DNA of 34,673 bases from positions 1-34,673 of the forward strand of contig JAUZPB010000041.1 in assembly GCA_030706145.1 (NCBI GenBank), in the 5' to 3' direction. The first letter of the stretch is position 1. Each line of letters begins with the position of its first letter. The DNA comes from Bacteroidota bacterium (GTDB taxonomy: Bacteria > Bacteroidota > Ignavibacteria > Ignavibacteriales > SURF-24). Positions 25,487-34,360 of the stretch are shown here, one piece after another. Below the pieces are notes generated by a model. The model was not told the origin of the DNA and did no database searches. It saw nothing but the letters and a program-made list of their open reading frames with translations. The position numbers were made by a program, and so were the translations under genes.

Positions 25487-27592
25487 CTAGTTTAGACCCC
25501 TTTGACGCAGTAGCGCCTCTATGCCTGGCTCCCTTCCTCTGAATTTTATATATAATGGCATAAGTGGTTCGCTGCCTGCTTTTTCAAGTATATTTTCTCT
25601 GAATGACTTTGCAGTTGATTGATCAAACAAACCTTTTTCACTAAAGGCTTCGAAGGCATCACTATCTAAGATAGCCGACCATAAATAACTGTAGTAACCT
25701 GATTCATATCCCCATGTAGCTATATGAATAAAGTTTGTCGTTGTATACCTTGGAAGTATTTCTGGAATCAGTCCCATTTTCTGAAGTGACTCTTTCTCGA
25801 ATTTTTCGACCTCTATTTCGGTTGTATCACTTAAGATGTGATAGTCCATATCGAGTATTGAAGCTGCAAGAGCCTCAAGAGTTTCAAATCCCTGATTGAA
25901 GTATTTTGAGTTACTGATTTTACTTATAAGCTCCTGTGGAATTACCTGGCCTGTTTTATAGTGATTTGCATACATCCTAAGTACTTCCGGCTGAATAGAC
26001 CAGTTTTCCATTATCTGTGAAGGGAGCTCTACAAAATCAGCAGGAACTGCCGCTGCACTTGGATAATGAATATTCTGAAAGAGTGTATGCAGGGCATGAC
26101 CGAACTCATGAAAAAGAGTTCTTACTTCGTCAACACTTAAGAGCGCCGGCTTATCCGACGTTGGTTTTGAAAAGTTGCCTACGTTATAGACCAGAGGAGT
26201 AACAGATTTACCATCTAACATATTTTGTTCTCTGAATGCTCCGCACCATGCTCCGCTGGTCTTGCTTTCACGCGGAAAATAATCTGTATAGAGTATTCCT
26301 ATATGTTTTCCACTTGATTCCTTTACCTCATAGACTTTAACTTCAGGATGGTATATCTGTATATCCTTTCTTTCGATGAATTTTATGCCCCATAGCTTGT
26401 TTGCTACAGTAAAGGCTCCATTTATAACATTTTCCAGTTTGAAGTATGGGCGCAGCATCTCTTCATCCAGGCTGTATTTATTCTTTTTTACCTTCTCGGC
26501 ATAAAACCACCAGTCCCATGGCTGCAGCTTAAAATTATCTCCTTCCTGATCAATAATTTTCTGCATTTCGCCGGCTTCAGACTTTGCTCTATTAACTGTC
26601 GGACTCCAAAGCTCATTTAAAAACTTCATTACGTTCTCAGGTGTTTTAGCCATTCTCCTTTGCAATACAAAATCAGAATATCTTTTATAGCCAAGCAGTT
26701 TTGCTTTTTCTACACGGAGTGATATAATGCGGGAGAATATTTTTTTATTGTCTAGTTCATCGTTATTATTGCCACGTGACATATATGCCTTGTACATCTT
26801 TTCTCTTAACCCTCTATTTTCTGAATATTGCAAAAAGGGAATTAGAGTTGGCTTATCAATTGTAAATATCCATTTGCCCTTAATGCCTTTGGCCATTGCT
26901 TTCTCAAAGGCAGCCTGCACAGATGCATCAGGCAATCCCTTAAGATCACTTTTGTTATCAACTACAAGTTCAAACTTTGAATTTTCTTTTCTAACATTAT
27001 TTCCAAACTTTAGGACGAGCAGTGCAAGCTCATCATTAATTTTTCTAAGCTTTTCCTTATCATCACTATTTAAGTTTGCTCCGCCTCCTGTAAAATCCAG
27101 GTAATAGTTTTGAAGAACAGTTTTTTGCTCTTCAGTCAGACCGAGGTTTTCTTTTTCATCGTAAATTGATTTTATTCTCTTAAATAGTTTATCATTCAGA
27201 TAGATATCATTAGTGTGCTTTGATATTAGCGAAACAATCTTTTCAGCTGCCTTCTGCATCTCTTCATTTGTTATTGCAGAATTCATTGCATCAAAGACTC
27301 TGTTGACCTTAATAAGAAGGCGGCCGCTCTTTTCCATGGCCTCTATAGTATTTTTATAGGTTGGCTTTTCACTGCTGTTTACAATTGCATCAATTTCTTC
27401 TTTCTGCTGCCTTATTCCTTCAGCAATAGCGGGAAGATAGTGACTGGTTTTTATCTGCTTAAATGGGGGAGTATTAAACGGAGTATTCCACTGCTTCAGT
27501 AGTGGATTCTTTGTATCTTTTGCATTAGCTAAAGTAAATGATAATGCTACAAGAAAGCATGTCGTAATAAGTATAATTAAAGAACGTTTCAT
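25487..27592 (-). CDS. dcp: Exported M3-family peptidyl-dipeptidase (Dcp) / oligopeptidase
   Basis: Zinc motif 'HEFGHALH'. M3 family length. Signal peptide 'MKRSLIILITTCFLVALSFTLANA'. ATG at 27592 has GGAG 6 nt upstream. Alternative upstream ATG at 27604. Confidence 0.85.
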   Translation of the reverse strand: MKRSLIILITTCFLVALSFTLANAKDTKNPLLKQWNTPFNTPPFKQIKTSHYLPAIAEGIRQQKEEIDAIVNSSEKPTYKNTIEAMEKSGRLLIKVNRVFDAMNSAITNEEMQKAAEKIVSLISKHTNDIYLNDKLFKRIKSIYDEKENLGLTEEQKTVLQNYYLDFTGGGANLNSDDKEKLRKINDELALLVLKFGNNVRKENSKFELVVDNKSDLKGLPDASVQAAFEKAMAKGIKGKWIFTIDKPTLIPFLQYSENRGLREKMYKAYMSRGNNNDELDNKKIFSRIISLRVEKAKLLGYKRYSDFVLQRRMAKTPENVMKFLNELWSPTVNRAKSEAGEMQKIIDQEGDNFKLQPWDWWFYAEKVKKNKYSLDEEMLRPYFKLENVINGAFTVANKLWGIKFIERKDIQIYHPEVKVYEVKESSGKHIGILYTDYFPRESKTSGAWCGAFREQNMLDGKSVTPLVYNVGNFSKPTSDKPALLSVDEVRTLFHEFGHALHTLFQNIHYPSAAAVPADFVELPSQIMENWSIQPEVLRMYANHYKTGQVIPQELISKISNSKYFNQGFETLEALAASILDMDYHILSDTTEIEVEKFEKESLQKMGLIPEILPRYTTTNFIHIATWGYESGYYSYLWSAILDSDAFEAFSEKGLFDQSTAKSFRENILEKAGSEPLMPLYIKFRGREPGIEALLRQRGLN

Positions 27593-27680
27593 TGCAGACT
27601 CCATATTTGTTTATTTAAACTGTAGAAAACTAGATCACACAAAAGATTGAATTACAAAAACTGAATTACAAAACACTTAA

Positions 27681-29189
27681 TTACATTTGTTTTTGAAATA
27701 CAACAGGCTTTGTATTTGGACTAACCTCAACCGACAGAGCATTTACTCTGTTATTCATATCTTTAATAAAAACAGTTTTCCATCCTGCATGCTCTGCAGG
27801 ATGATATAATTCAAATGCATCTTCCCCCATATAATTCAAGGGACAATCATAATTGTCTACTTTTACTTTTAATGAATCATTTTCAACTTTAACACATAAA
27901 GATCCATAACCCTGACTTACATAAGTCCCTGCACTTTGCTCTAGAAGTAGAGATGGCACCTTTGCATTTTCAACTTTATTATTTTTTTCCTCCTCCAAAA
28001 TTTGTTTCATCTGCGCTTCATAGAGTGCAAGTGCTTTTTGCTGCCAATCTATAGGATCAAGTTTCAGAATTTTATCCATCATATATCTTTCCAAAACATC
28101 AACAAAGGGGGTCCCGTTTAGATTTGCAAGAATTACTATCCCAATTTTTTCTTTGGGCATAAAAGTAACCTTTGAAGTAAAGCCGTATAAAACCCCACCA
28201 TGGTATATGTGCAGATAACCCCTGTAGTAATCAATCATCCATCCCATTCCATAGTTAGCATATGATATCTCGGACCTCGGGGTTTGTCCTGGAATAACTA
28301 CCTGGGGAGATTGTAACTGCTGTAAGCTTCTTGGACTTATAAGAGAGCTGTCGTGAACCTTTCCACTATTCAAATTGAACTCTACCCATTTTAACATATC
28401 ATCTACATTTGAAATAATGCAGCCTGCAGCTCCTAGTATATATGCATTGTGAAATTCCATCTTCTCAGGATCTTTATCCCAGATTATGTATGGCGTTGCA
28501 CAATCTGTTTTGTCTATAATATCATTAAAAGAAAGCTGAGTACTTTTCATTTCAAGAGGATCAAGTATTCTTTTTCTTATTAGGTCTTCCCAGGAGGTAG
28601 TACCCTCTCTTTCTGCAATCATATCTCCTGCTACAGTGTAGGCTTCATTACAATATTGCCACAATGTTCTAAAATCCAGATTAGGTTCAAAGTACCTGAA
28701 GCATCTACGAACATCGCGCCTGTCAGCAGGTGGATTCAAACTAAAGAACTTCTGCCGGGGTATGCCTGTACGGTGTGTAAGTAAATCCCTTAGTGTAACT
28801 TTTCCACTAATAAGTGAATCGTACATCTTAAAATCAGGAAAATAGTTTTCAAGAGGGACGTCAAAACTCATTTTCTTTTCCTCTACAGCCATAGCTGCCA
28901 GAGTTGCTGTAAAGGCCTTAGAAGATGAGCCTATTGAAAACAGTGTTTTAGGTGTTACTTTTTCTTTTGTCTTTAGGTCTTTATATCCAAACCCTTTACT
29001 GTAAATGACATTGCCATCTTTAATAATTCCTACTGCAAGTCCGGGTATGTCCCACTTTTGCATTGCTGTATCAATAAAGGAATCAATTTCCTTTATGGCC
29101 CTTATATCAGAAATGCTTTCTTGAGGTGCAGTTATTCCTGTGGCAAATAAAAGAGCTATAATAATGCTAAAAAGTTTTATTCTGTTCAT
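27681..29189 (-). CDS. Exported beta-lactamase-fold serine hydrolase (class C / PBP4-like esterase family) with extra C-terminal domain
   Basis: Signal peptide. S-x-x-K in 'GSSSKAF'. 'YANYG' (Y-x-N). 'HGG' near 'IYHGGVLYG'. Confidence 0.75.
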   Translation of the reverse strand: MNRIKLFSIIIALLFATGITAPQESISDIRAIKEIDSFIDTAMQKWDIPGLAVGIIKDGNVIYSKGFGYKDLKTKEKVTPKTLFSIGSSSKAFTATLAAMAVEEKKMSFDVPLENYFPDFKMYDSLISGKVTLRDLLTHRTGIPRQKFFSLNPPADRRDVRRCFRYFEPNLDFRTLWQYCNEAYTVAGDMIAEREGTTSWEDLIRKRILDPLEMKSTQLSFNDIIDKTDCATPYIIWDKDPEKMEFHNAYILGAAGCIISNVDDMLKWVEFNLNSGKVHDSSLISPRSLQQLQSPQVVIPGQTPRSEISYANYGMGWMIDYYRGYLHIYHGGVLYGFTSKVTFMPKEKIGIVILANLNGTPFVDVLERYMMDKILKLDPIDWQQKALALYEAQMKQILEEEKNNKVENAKVPSLLLEQSAGTYVSQGYGSLCVKVENDSLKVKVDNYDCPLNYMGEDAFELYHPAEHAGWKTVFIKDMNNRVNALSVEVSPNTKPVVFQKQM

Positions 29190-29222
29190 TGTTTTTCACT
29201 CTATATTATTTCTTTTTGAATA

Positions 29223-32210
29223 TTATCTTATGATCTTTTCTATACTGCCAAAGAGATCTTTCTGCTCACTGATTTTTTCGTCGTTTCCATATACGCAGTA
29301 AGCATTCTGCTCAAGTACTGCTTTTATCATTTTTCTTAGACTTTTTATGTCATCCATAGAAGTATTAAGGACCGCATCACGAAGCTTCTGCAGATCTTCC
29401 CGGCTTACATTGTTAAAATAATTTGTAATGGCTGTATTAGCTTTCTGTGAAACAGACAGGGGAGCGTCCATTGCGGCAATTGTTCCTATTATATAGCGTG
29501 TAATATCCTTTTCCTTTAGCTGAAGCTTGTCTAAGTATTCAATTGTAGCATTGTAGTTTTCGAGAGTCTCTTTAAGGTTTGGATCTCTGTAGGACATAAA
29601 GACAAAGTTACCAAGGTCATCAACACTACTAAAGCCTCCATAAGCCCCGCCAATAACTCTTATCCTGTTATGCAGCCAGTCTCTTGAGATTATCTGATTA
29701 AGTACTTTTACTTTTCCGTTCCAGTCGAATCCCAGCTTTTTAATATTATAGCCTTTTACAACATACTGAACCTTAGAGGGGGTCTGGAGACCTTCATTTT
29801 TTTTCTGGAAAGAAAACTTCCATTTATTTAGAAGTGTGGGTTTTGAATCAAAAGAAGTGATAAATTTTCCTATTTTTTCCTGGCATTCTGATCTGTCGCC
29901 CTTACTGCATGTAATGAGCATTGTCATGTTATTCTTATTAAATAGAAGTGAAGCCGTTTTAATTAAATTTGATTTAATTTCATCAGATCTCTTATCAAAA
30001 TTTCTGGCAAGATCAGTTATAAGCCAGTAATAGCTTATTCCACCTGTAAGCTCATTGAACATACCCATGTTTGTGAAATATGAAAGAGTCCTTATCTGCG
30101 CAAAGGTTAGTCCATTTTCTTTTACCTGTGCATCTAAACGTGATTGGTATCTTAAAAGAATAGCTTTCAGCCTGTCTGTATCTTCATATTTTGTCCTGTT
30201 AAGAATTTCACCTATAAGGTCAAACATTTCATTTGTTTTGTTATCCATTGCCTTGGAGCTTACAACAAACTTTGGTATTAAATTATTATCATCCCTCTTT
30301 TCAGCATAAGTGTTTATAAAGGCGCTAAAACCTCCTGTACTGATATTCAACTGGTTATTCAGATCTCCATATGAGTACGTCTTTGTATTCTGATTTCCCA
30401 GTACTTCAGTCAGAATTGCAGCATATGGTAATAGCTCCTGCGGAAGGACCCTTAAGTCGAAAAATAGCCTTGTATAGACAACATTATTTGAAAATGCTTC
30501 ATAGGAAAGCACCGGAACATCTTCAACTATATTTTCATTTAATTCATACCAATCGGCAGCCGGGTTAATATCCTTTCTTTCAAGCATGGGAACCGTGGCT
30601 AAAGCTTCAGGAGAGTCCTCTCTTTTCTGATATGCTACGAGATCTTTTGTCTCTTTTATTAGTTTATCTTTTTCCTCTTCACTCAGACTCGACTTAAATT
30701 TATCCAGTTCAAGGGCTGTTTGAGCATTTAACTGTTTATCATATCCGGGTTTTGGTTCAAGCGATATAAGTAATGAATGTGGATTATTGAGTATCTCTTC
30801 TTTTATTATTCTTTCAAGATAATCACCCGTTAGTGCTGTTTTGACCTTAGCCAAAGGTTTTTCATACTCAAGAGTTAAAAAAGGATCATTAGCAAAAAAC
30901 CATCCCGGCAATATCTGGAAAGCATAGTTTAGTCCCTGCTGCGAGTTATTTCCTTCTCTAAGAGAAAACTCGGTTCTGTTAAGTGATCCTTCTATGGCTT
31001 TTTTATCTATTCCTTTTTCTGCTACTTCTTTTAGTGTCTGAAGGATCACGCTTAAGAATTTGTCCTTATCACTTCCATTTGCATTTTGAACAGTTATTCC
31101 GAAAACGTTCTGGTGCATTTCATCTACCGTAGCTGTTACCTCACTGCCTATAGCTGCTTTTTGAAGTGCAAGTCTGATAGGAGCTGCTTCCTGATTTACA
31201 AGGACATCACAAAGTGTATTTAACCCCATTACCAATGCTCTGTCTGTATTTAAGCCTACAACAACTGAAAAAGAAAGATATGTCTGGTTCAAGGTATCCA
31301 TACCTTCGCTTACGGCATAAGGCAGAGTTACACTTTTCAGGGCAGGGAAGGGTTTCTGTATAGGAAAGACTTCCGGTTGAACTGCTTTTTCGTACTTATT
31401 TAAGTATTCTTTATTTATAAATTCTAATTCTTTATTTATATCTGCATCACCATAAAGTAAAATGTAGCAGTTTGAGGGGTGATAGTATTTATTATGATAT
31501 TTTACAAATGCCTCCTGTGTTAAACCAGGTATATCCTTTGGATATCCTCCGGAGGAAAACCTGTAGCCGTTATCAGGAAAGAGCAGTCTGTTTACCTGGT
31601 AGTTTAATTCACCTGTTGGATTTGAGTAAACGCCTTTCATTTCGTTATATACAACTCCTTTATAGGAAATTGGTCCATCTTTGCTCTCCATTTCATAGTG
31701 CCACCCTTCCTGTTTTAATATTCTTGTATCTGTCTTGAAATTAGGCTGAAATACTGCATCCAGATAAACATGCATCAGGTTGAAATAATCTTTGTTGTTT
31801 TTGCTGGCTACAGGAAAACACGTCATATCCTGACCAGTAAAGGCATTAATAAATGTTAGAAGTGATCCCTTGCGAAGGACATCATAAGGGCTTTTTACTG
31901 GAAATGATTTTGAACCATTCAGAGTCGAATGCTCAATAATGTGTGGAGTCCCCCAATTTGATTCAGGGTCCGTCCTGAATGCAATGGCGAATGTTTTATT
32001 GTCATCCTGTGCTTTTATTTTAAAAAGCCTTGCCCCGCTTTTTTCGTGAATAAAATATAAACACTCGGCATTGACTTCGCTCACAAACCGCTTTTCAAGC
32101 AGTTTGAAGCCTTCATATGTTTGGCCGGTTTTCATATCTTCTGCCTTTCCAATGCAGGGGCTAAGGAAAAGAGCTAATAGTAATAAGAAAATTGCTCTTG
32201 CCAGCTTCAT
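29223..32210 (-). CDS. Exported M16C-family (PreP-like) zinc metallopeptidase
   Basis: Inverted zinc motif 'HIIEHSTLNGS' (HxxEH). About 1000 aa length typical of M16C. Signal peptide 'LLLLALFLSPCIGKA'. AAGGAG RBS 8 nt upstream. Confidence 0.85.
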   Translation of the reverse strand: MKLARAIFLLLLALFLSPCIGKAEDMKTGQTYEGFKLLEKRFVSEVNAECLYFIHEKSGARLFKIKAQDDNKTFAIAFRTDPESNWGTPHIIEHSTLNGSKSFPVKSPYDVLRKGSLLTFINAFTGQDMTCFPVASKNNKDYFNLMHVYLDAVFQPNFKTDTRILKQEGWHYEMESKDGPISYKGVVYNEMKGVYSNPTGELNYQVNRLLFPDNGYRFSSGGYPKDIPGLTQEAFVKYHNKYYHPSNCYILLYGDADINKELEFINKEYLNKYEKAVQPEVFPIQKPFPALKSVTLPYAVSEGMDTLNQTYLSFSVVVGLNTDRALVMGLNTLCDVLVNQEAAPIRLALQKAAIGSEVTATVDEMHQNVFGITVQNANGSDKDKFLSVILQTLKEVAEKGIDKKAIEGSLNRTEFSLREGNNSQQGLNYAFQILPGWFFANDPFLTLEYEKPLAKVKTALTGDYLERIIKEEILNNPHSLLISLEPKPGYDKQLNAQTALELDKFKSSLSEEEKDKLIKETKDLVAYQKREDSPEALATVPMLERKDINPAADWYELNENIVEDVPVLSYEAFSNNVVYTRLFFDLRVLPQELLPYAAILTEVLGNQNTKTYSYGDLNNQLNISTGGFSAFINTYAEKRDDNNLIPKFVVSSKAMDNKTNEMFDLIGEILNRTKYEDTDRLKAILLRYQSRLDAQVKENGLTFAQIRTLSYFTNMGMFNELTGGISYYWLITDLARNFDKRSDEIKSNLIKTASLLFNKNNMTMLITCSKGDRSECQEKIGKFITSFDSKPTLLNKWKFSFQKKNEGLQTPSKVQYVVKGYNIKKLGFDWNGKVKVLNQIISRDWLHNRIRVIGGAYGGFSSVDDLGNFVFMSYRDPNLKETLENYNATIEYLDKLQLKEKDITRYIIGTIAAMDAPLSVSQKANTAITNYFNNVSREDLQKLRDAVLNTSMDDIKSLRKMIKAVLEQNAYCVYGNDEKISEQKDLFGSIEKIIR

Positions 32211-32461
32211 TCTGATTCTCCTTCTTTTTTGATAGATCTTTTTGTTAATTACCTCTAATTAAAGAATTGGGCACAAAAGCCCTTCTTTTATCCAGCATTT
32301 TGATAATTAAGACTATTAAATCGGGTAATAGTTAGTATAACTAAAGTCACATTTTGCAGTAAAGAAGAAGGATTTTCCCAAAACTTTGGTCATATTTGAT
32401 GGAGTTTGATATAGGAATGAGGATTTTCTCTGGCTGGAAGTCTAACTTTTCCATAAATATT

Positions 32462-32531
32462 CAAATTTCATAGGTAAGTTTTTCAGAAAGTTCCGTTTTG
32501 AACAAAATTCTATGAAATTTCGCAAATTTCG
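32462..32531. promoter_or_regulatory. Three copies of an AAATTTC-centred motif (one a perfect GAAATTTC palindrome) upstream of the 7TM-LuxR gene
   Basis: CAAATTTCA at 32462-32470, TGAAATTTCG at 32513-32522, CAAATTTCG at 32523-32531. The last two are tandem. Confidence 0.2.
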
Positions 32532-32598
32532 TTTATTTTAGTTCTAAAGAATTGCACCAGCCGTTATTTTTCTTGTCCAAATTGATGCGATAAAAAAT

Positions 32599-33579
32599 AT
32601 GAGCCAGTTATTAAAGACCGACATTTTAGTAAACAGCCTTGTAATACTTTTCCACTTCTTAAATTTCACAGTTGGATTAGCTGCGCTGTTTATTATTTTC
32701 AGGAAAGTGAGCCTTGTATCTTCTCAGATCCGCCGCTCTTTTTTTCAGCAGGCAGTTTTTTATAATCTGACACTTATACTTTCAGCTGTTACGGATTTTC
32801 TGGATTTTTTCTTCTGGAAGGTTGTTTCAAATAACATTTTCACACTTAGCATACTTTATTTTATAAATATATTTGCCTTGGCAACATATCTTATCTGGGC
32901 TCTTTCTTATGCCCAGATGGCATACAATTTTTTAGGCATTACTGAAGAGCTAAGGAAAAAAAGGTGGTTCAGGTATCTTTTTACTGCAGTAATGCTATAC
33001 CTGGTTTTCCTTTTTATAGTAAGAGTACTAAGACTAATACCAAATTTGTATTTCTTTTCCTCTCTTATTCTGGTGTTTGCAGGCTTAGGTACAGTTTTGG
33101 GGTATTCAATTTTCATCGGCCGGAAGTCAATTTCGGAGAAATTTCATGAAAGGAGAAAGGCCTTAAAGATACTTAGCAATCTTTTCATTGCCTTTAGCGT
33201 CACCAATATTTTTGTTTTCCTAAATTTCTATCCTTTTAATGTATTACCTCCACTTGCGACTAAATTTTCTTACAATGTAATGGATCTTATGTATAACTGC
33301 CTGATAATATTTTGGGCTTTGAAGTATTTAGATTCATTAAACAGATGCGAAGAGTCAACAGAAGCAGAAAGGTCATCTATTGGATCCAACATAGAAAAGT
33401 ATCAGATCTCCAAAAGGGAACTTGAAATAATCCATCTTGTATGCGCCGGAAAATCGAATCAGGAAATTGCCGATACTTTATTTATATCGCTTGGCACTGT
33501 AAAGAACCATTTGTATAACATTTATGCTAAGATTGGCATAAAAAACAGGACACAGCTTGCCAAATTATTCCAGGAATGA
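32599..33579 (+). CDS. One-component membrane regulator: 7 predicted TM helices fused to a C-terminal LuxR/GerE-type HTH
   Basis: Seven hydrophobic segments in residues 10-245. C-terminal 'ISKRELEIIHLVCAGKSNQEIADTLFISLGTVKNHLYNIYAKIG' is a LuxR-family HTH. Confidence 0.75.
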   Translation: MSQLLKTDILVNSLVILFHFLNFTVGLAALFIIFRKVSLVSSQIRRSFFQQAVFYNLTLILSAVTDFLDFFFWKVVSNNIFTLSILYFINIFALATYLIWALSYAQMAYNFLGITEELRKKRWFRYLFTAVMLYLVFLFIVRVLRLIPNLYFFSSLILVFAGLGTVLGYSIFIGRKSISEKFHERRKALKILSNLFIAFSVTNIFVFLNFYPFNVLPPLATKFSYNVMDLMYNCLIIFWALKYLDSLNRCEESTEAERSSIGSNIEKYQISKRELEIIHLVCAGKSNQEIADTLFISLGTVKNHLYNIYAKIGIKNRTQLAKLFQE

Positions 33580-33589
33580 TCCACAATTT

Positions 33590-33740
33590 TTCCCCATGTC
33601 CCCTTGTCACCCCATCCCCAAGTCCCCGTCAAGTCCCAACGCCCCTTGTCTTTGTCCCCAAGTCACCCCTTCCCAGCGCCCCTTGTCCCAGAAGCCCCTT
33701 GTCCCCCCATCCCCAAGTCCCCGTCAAGTCCCCCATCCTG
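33590..33740. repeat. Extremely C-rich (plus strand) repeat island: about 17 C3-6 tracts spaced 2-10 nt apart, including a 28-nt perfect direct repeat. Complementary strand is G-quadruplex-capable
   Basis: 'CCCCATCCCCAAGTCCCCGTCAAGTCCC' at 33610-33637 and again at 33706-33733. 'CCCCTTGTC' recurs 4 times. Almost no G on the plus strand across about 150 nt, inside an otherwise AT-rich genome. Fills the whole gap between two convergent genes. Confidence 0.85.
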
Positions 33741-33742
33741 CT

Positions 33743-34360
33743 CTAGCTTATCTCTATATCAAAGCATTGCAGAAGAGTCATTACCTCGGGCATACTAAAC
33801 TTTGCCTTCTTTATCTTGTTGAATTCAGGATTAATGTCATAGTTGCTAGCTTCCCTGAAGTCAGAGGCCGAAAGGTTGGTATTCTTAAATTTGCTTGAAA
33901 TAAAATTGGTCCCGTTAAATTTTCCTTTGCTTATATCTGCATTTTCAAAATTAACTTCCCGGGCCTCACATTCTGTTATTTCAATGCGCCTTAGATCCAT
34001 TGCAAAAAATATGGAGTAGTCTATTTTACTGCTTTCAACTTTTATCTTCACCGGTTCTTCTGCTTCTGTCCAGTTTATACCGATCATTTTACAATCAAAG
34101 AACTCACAGTCAATAAATCTGCTGCCTGTTAGTTTTACCAGCCCAAGATTGCAACTTTTGAAAGTACAGTTCTCAAACCTTACATATTTTAATTTTGTCT
34201 TCTCAAAGTTAACTTTTTCAAAAGTACATCCTGTAAATTCTATTTCCTTAAGCTCGCTTTCTGAAAGATCTTTACCATTAAAGGTTTCATTTAAATAGTA
34301 TTCTTCATCAAAGGACATTTTATTTTCACTCTCTTCATTTTGCTGATTTGGCTGGCTCAT
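33743..34360 (-). CDS. Pentapeptide-repeat protein
   Basis: Consecutive A(D/N)LxF-like pentapeptides ('FTGCTFEKVNFEKTKLKYVRFENCTFKSCNLGLVKLTGSRFIDCEFFDC', 'ENADISKGKFNGTNFISSKFKNTNLSASDF'). ATG at 34360. The ORF track start at 34375 is GTG. Confidence 0.75.
   Translation of the reverse strand: MSQPNQQNEESENKMSFDEEYYLNETFNGKDLSESELKEIEFTGCTFEKVNFEKTKLKYVRFENCTFKSCNLGLVKLTGSRFIDCEFFDCKMIGINWTEAEEPVKIKVESSKIDYSIFFAMDLRRIEITECEAREVNFENADISKGKFNGTNFISSKFKNTNLSASDFREASNYDINPEFNKIKKAKFSMPEVMTLLQCFDIEIS

Noticed and set aside
33557-33898. Pro/Ser-rich plus-strand ORFs (33557-33898 and 33604-33798) across the C-rich island
   Set aside because: Low-complexity translation of the C-tract repeat. They overlap the LuxR gene 3' end and the pentapeptide gene, and have no start context. 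Treated as artefacts.
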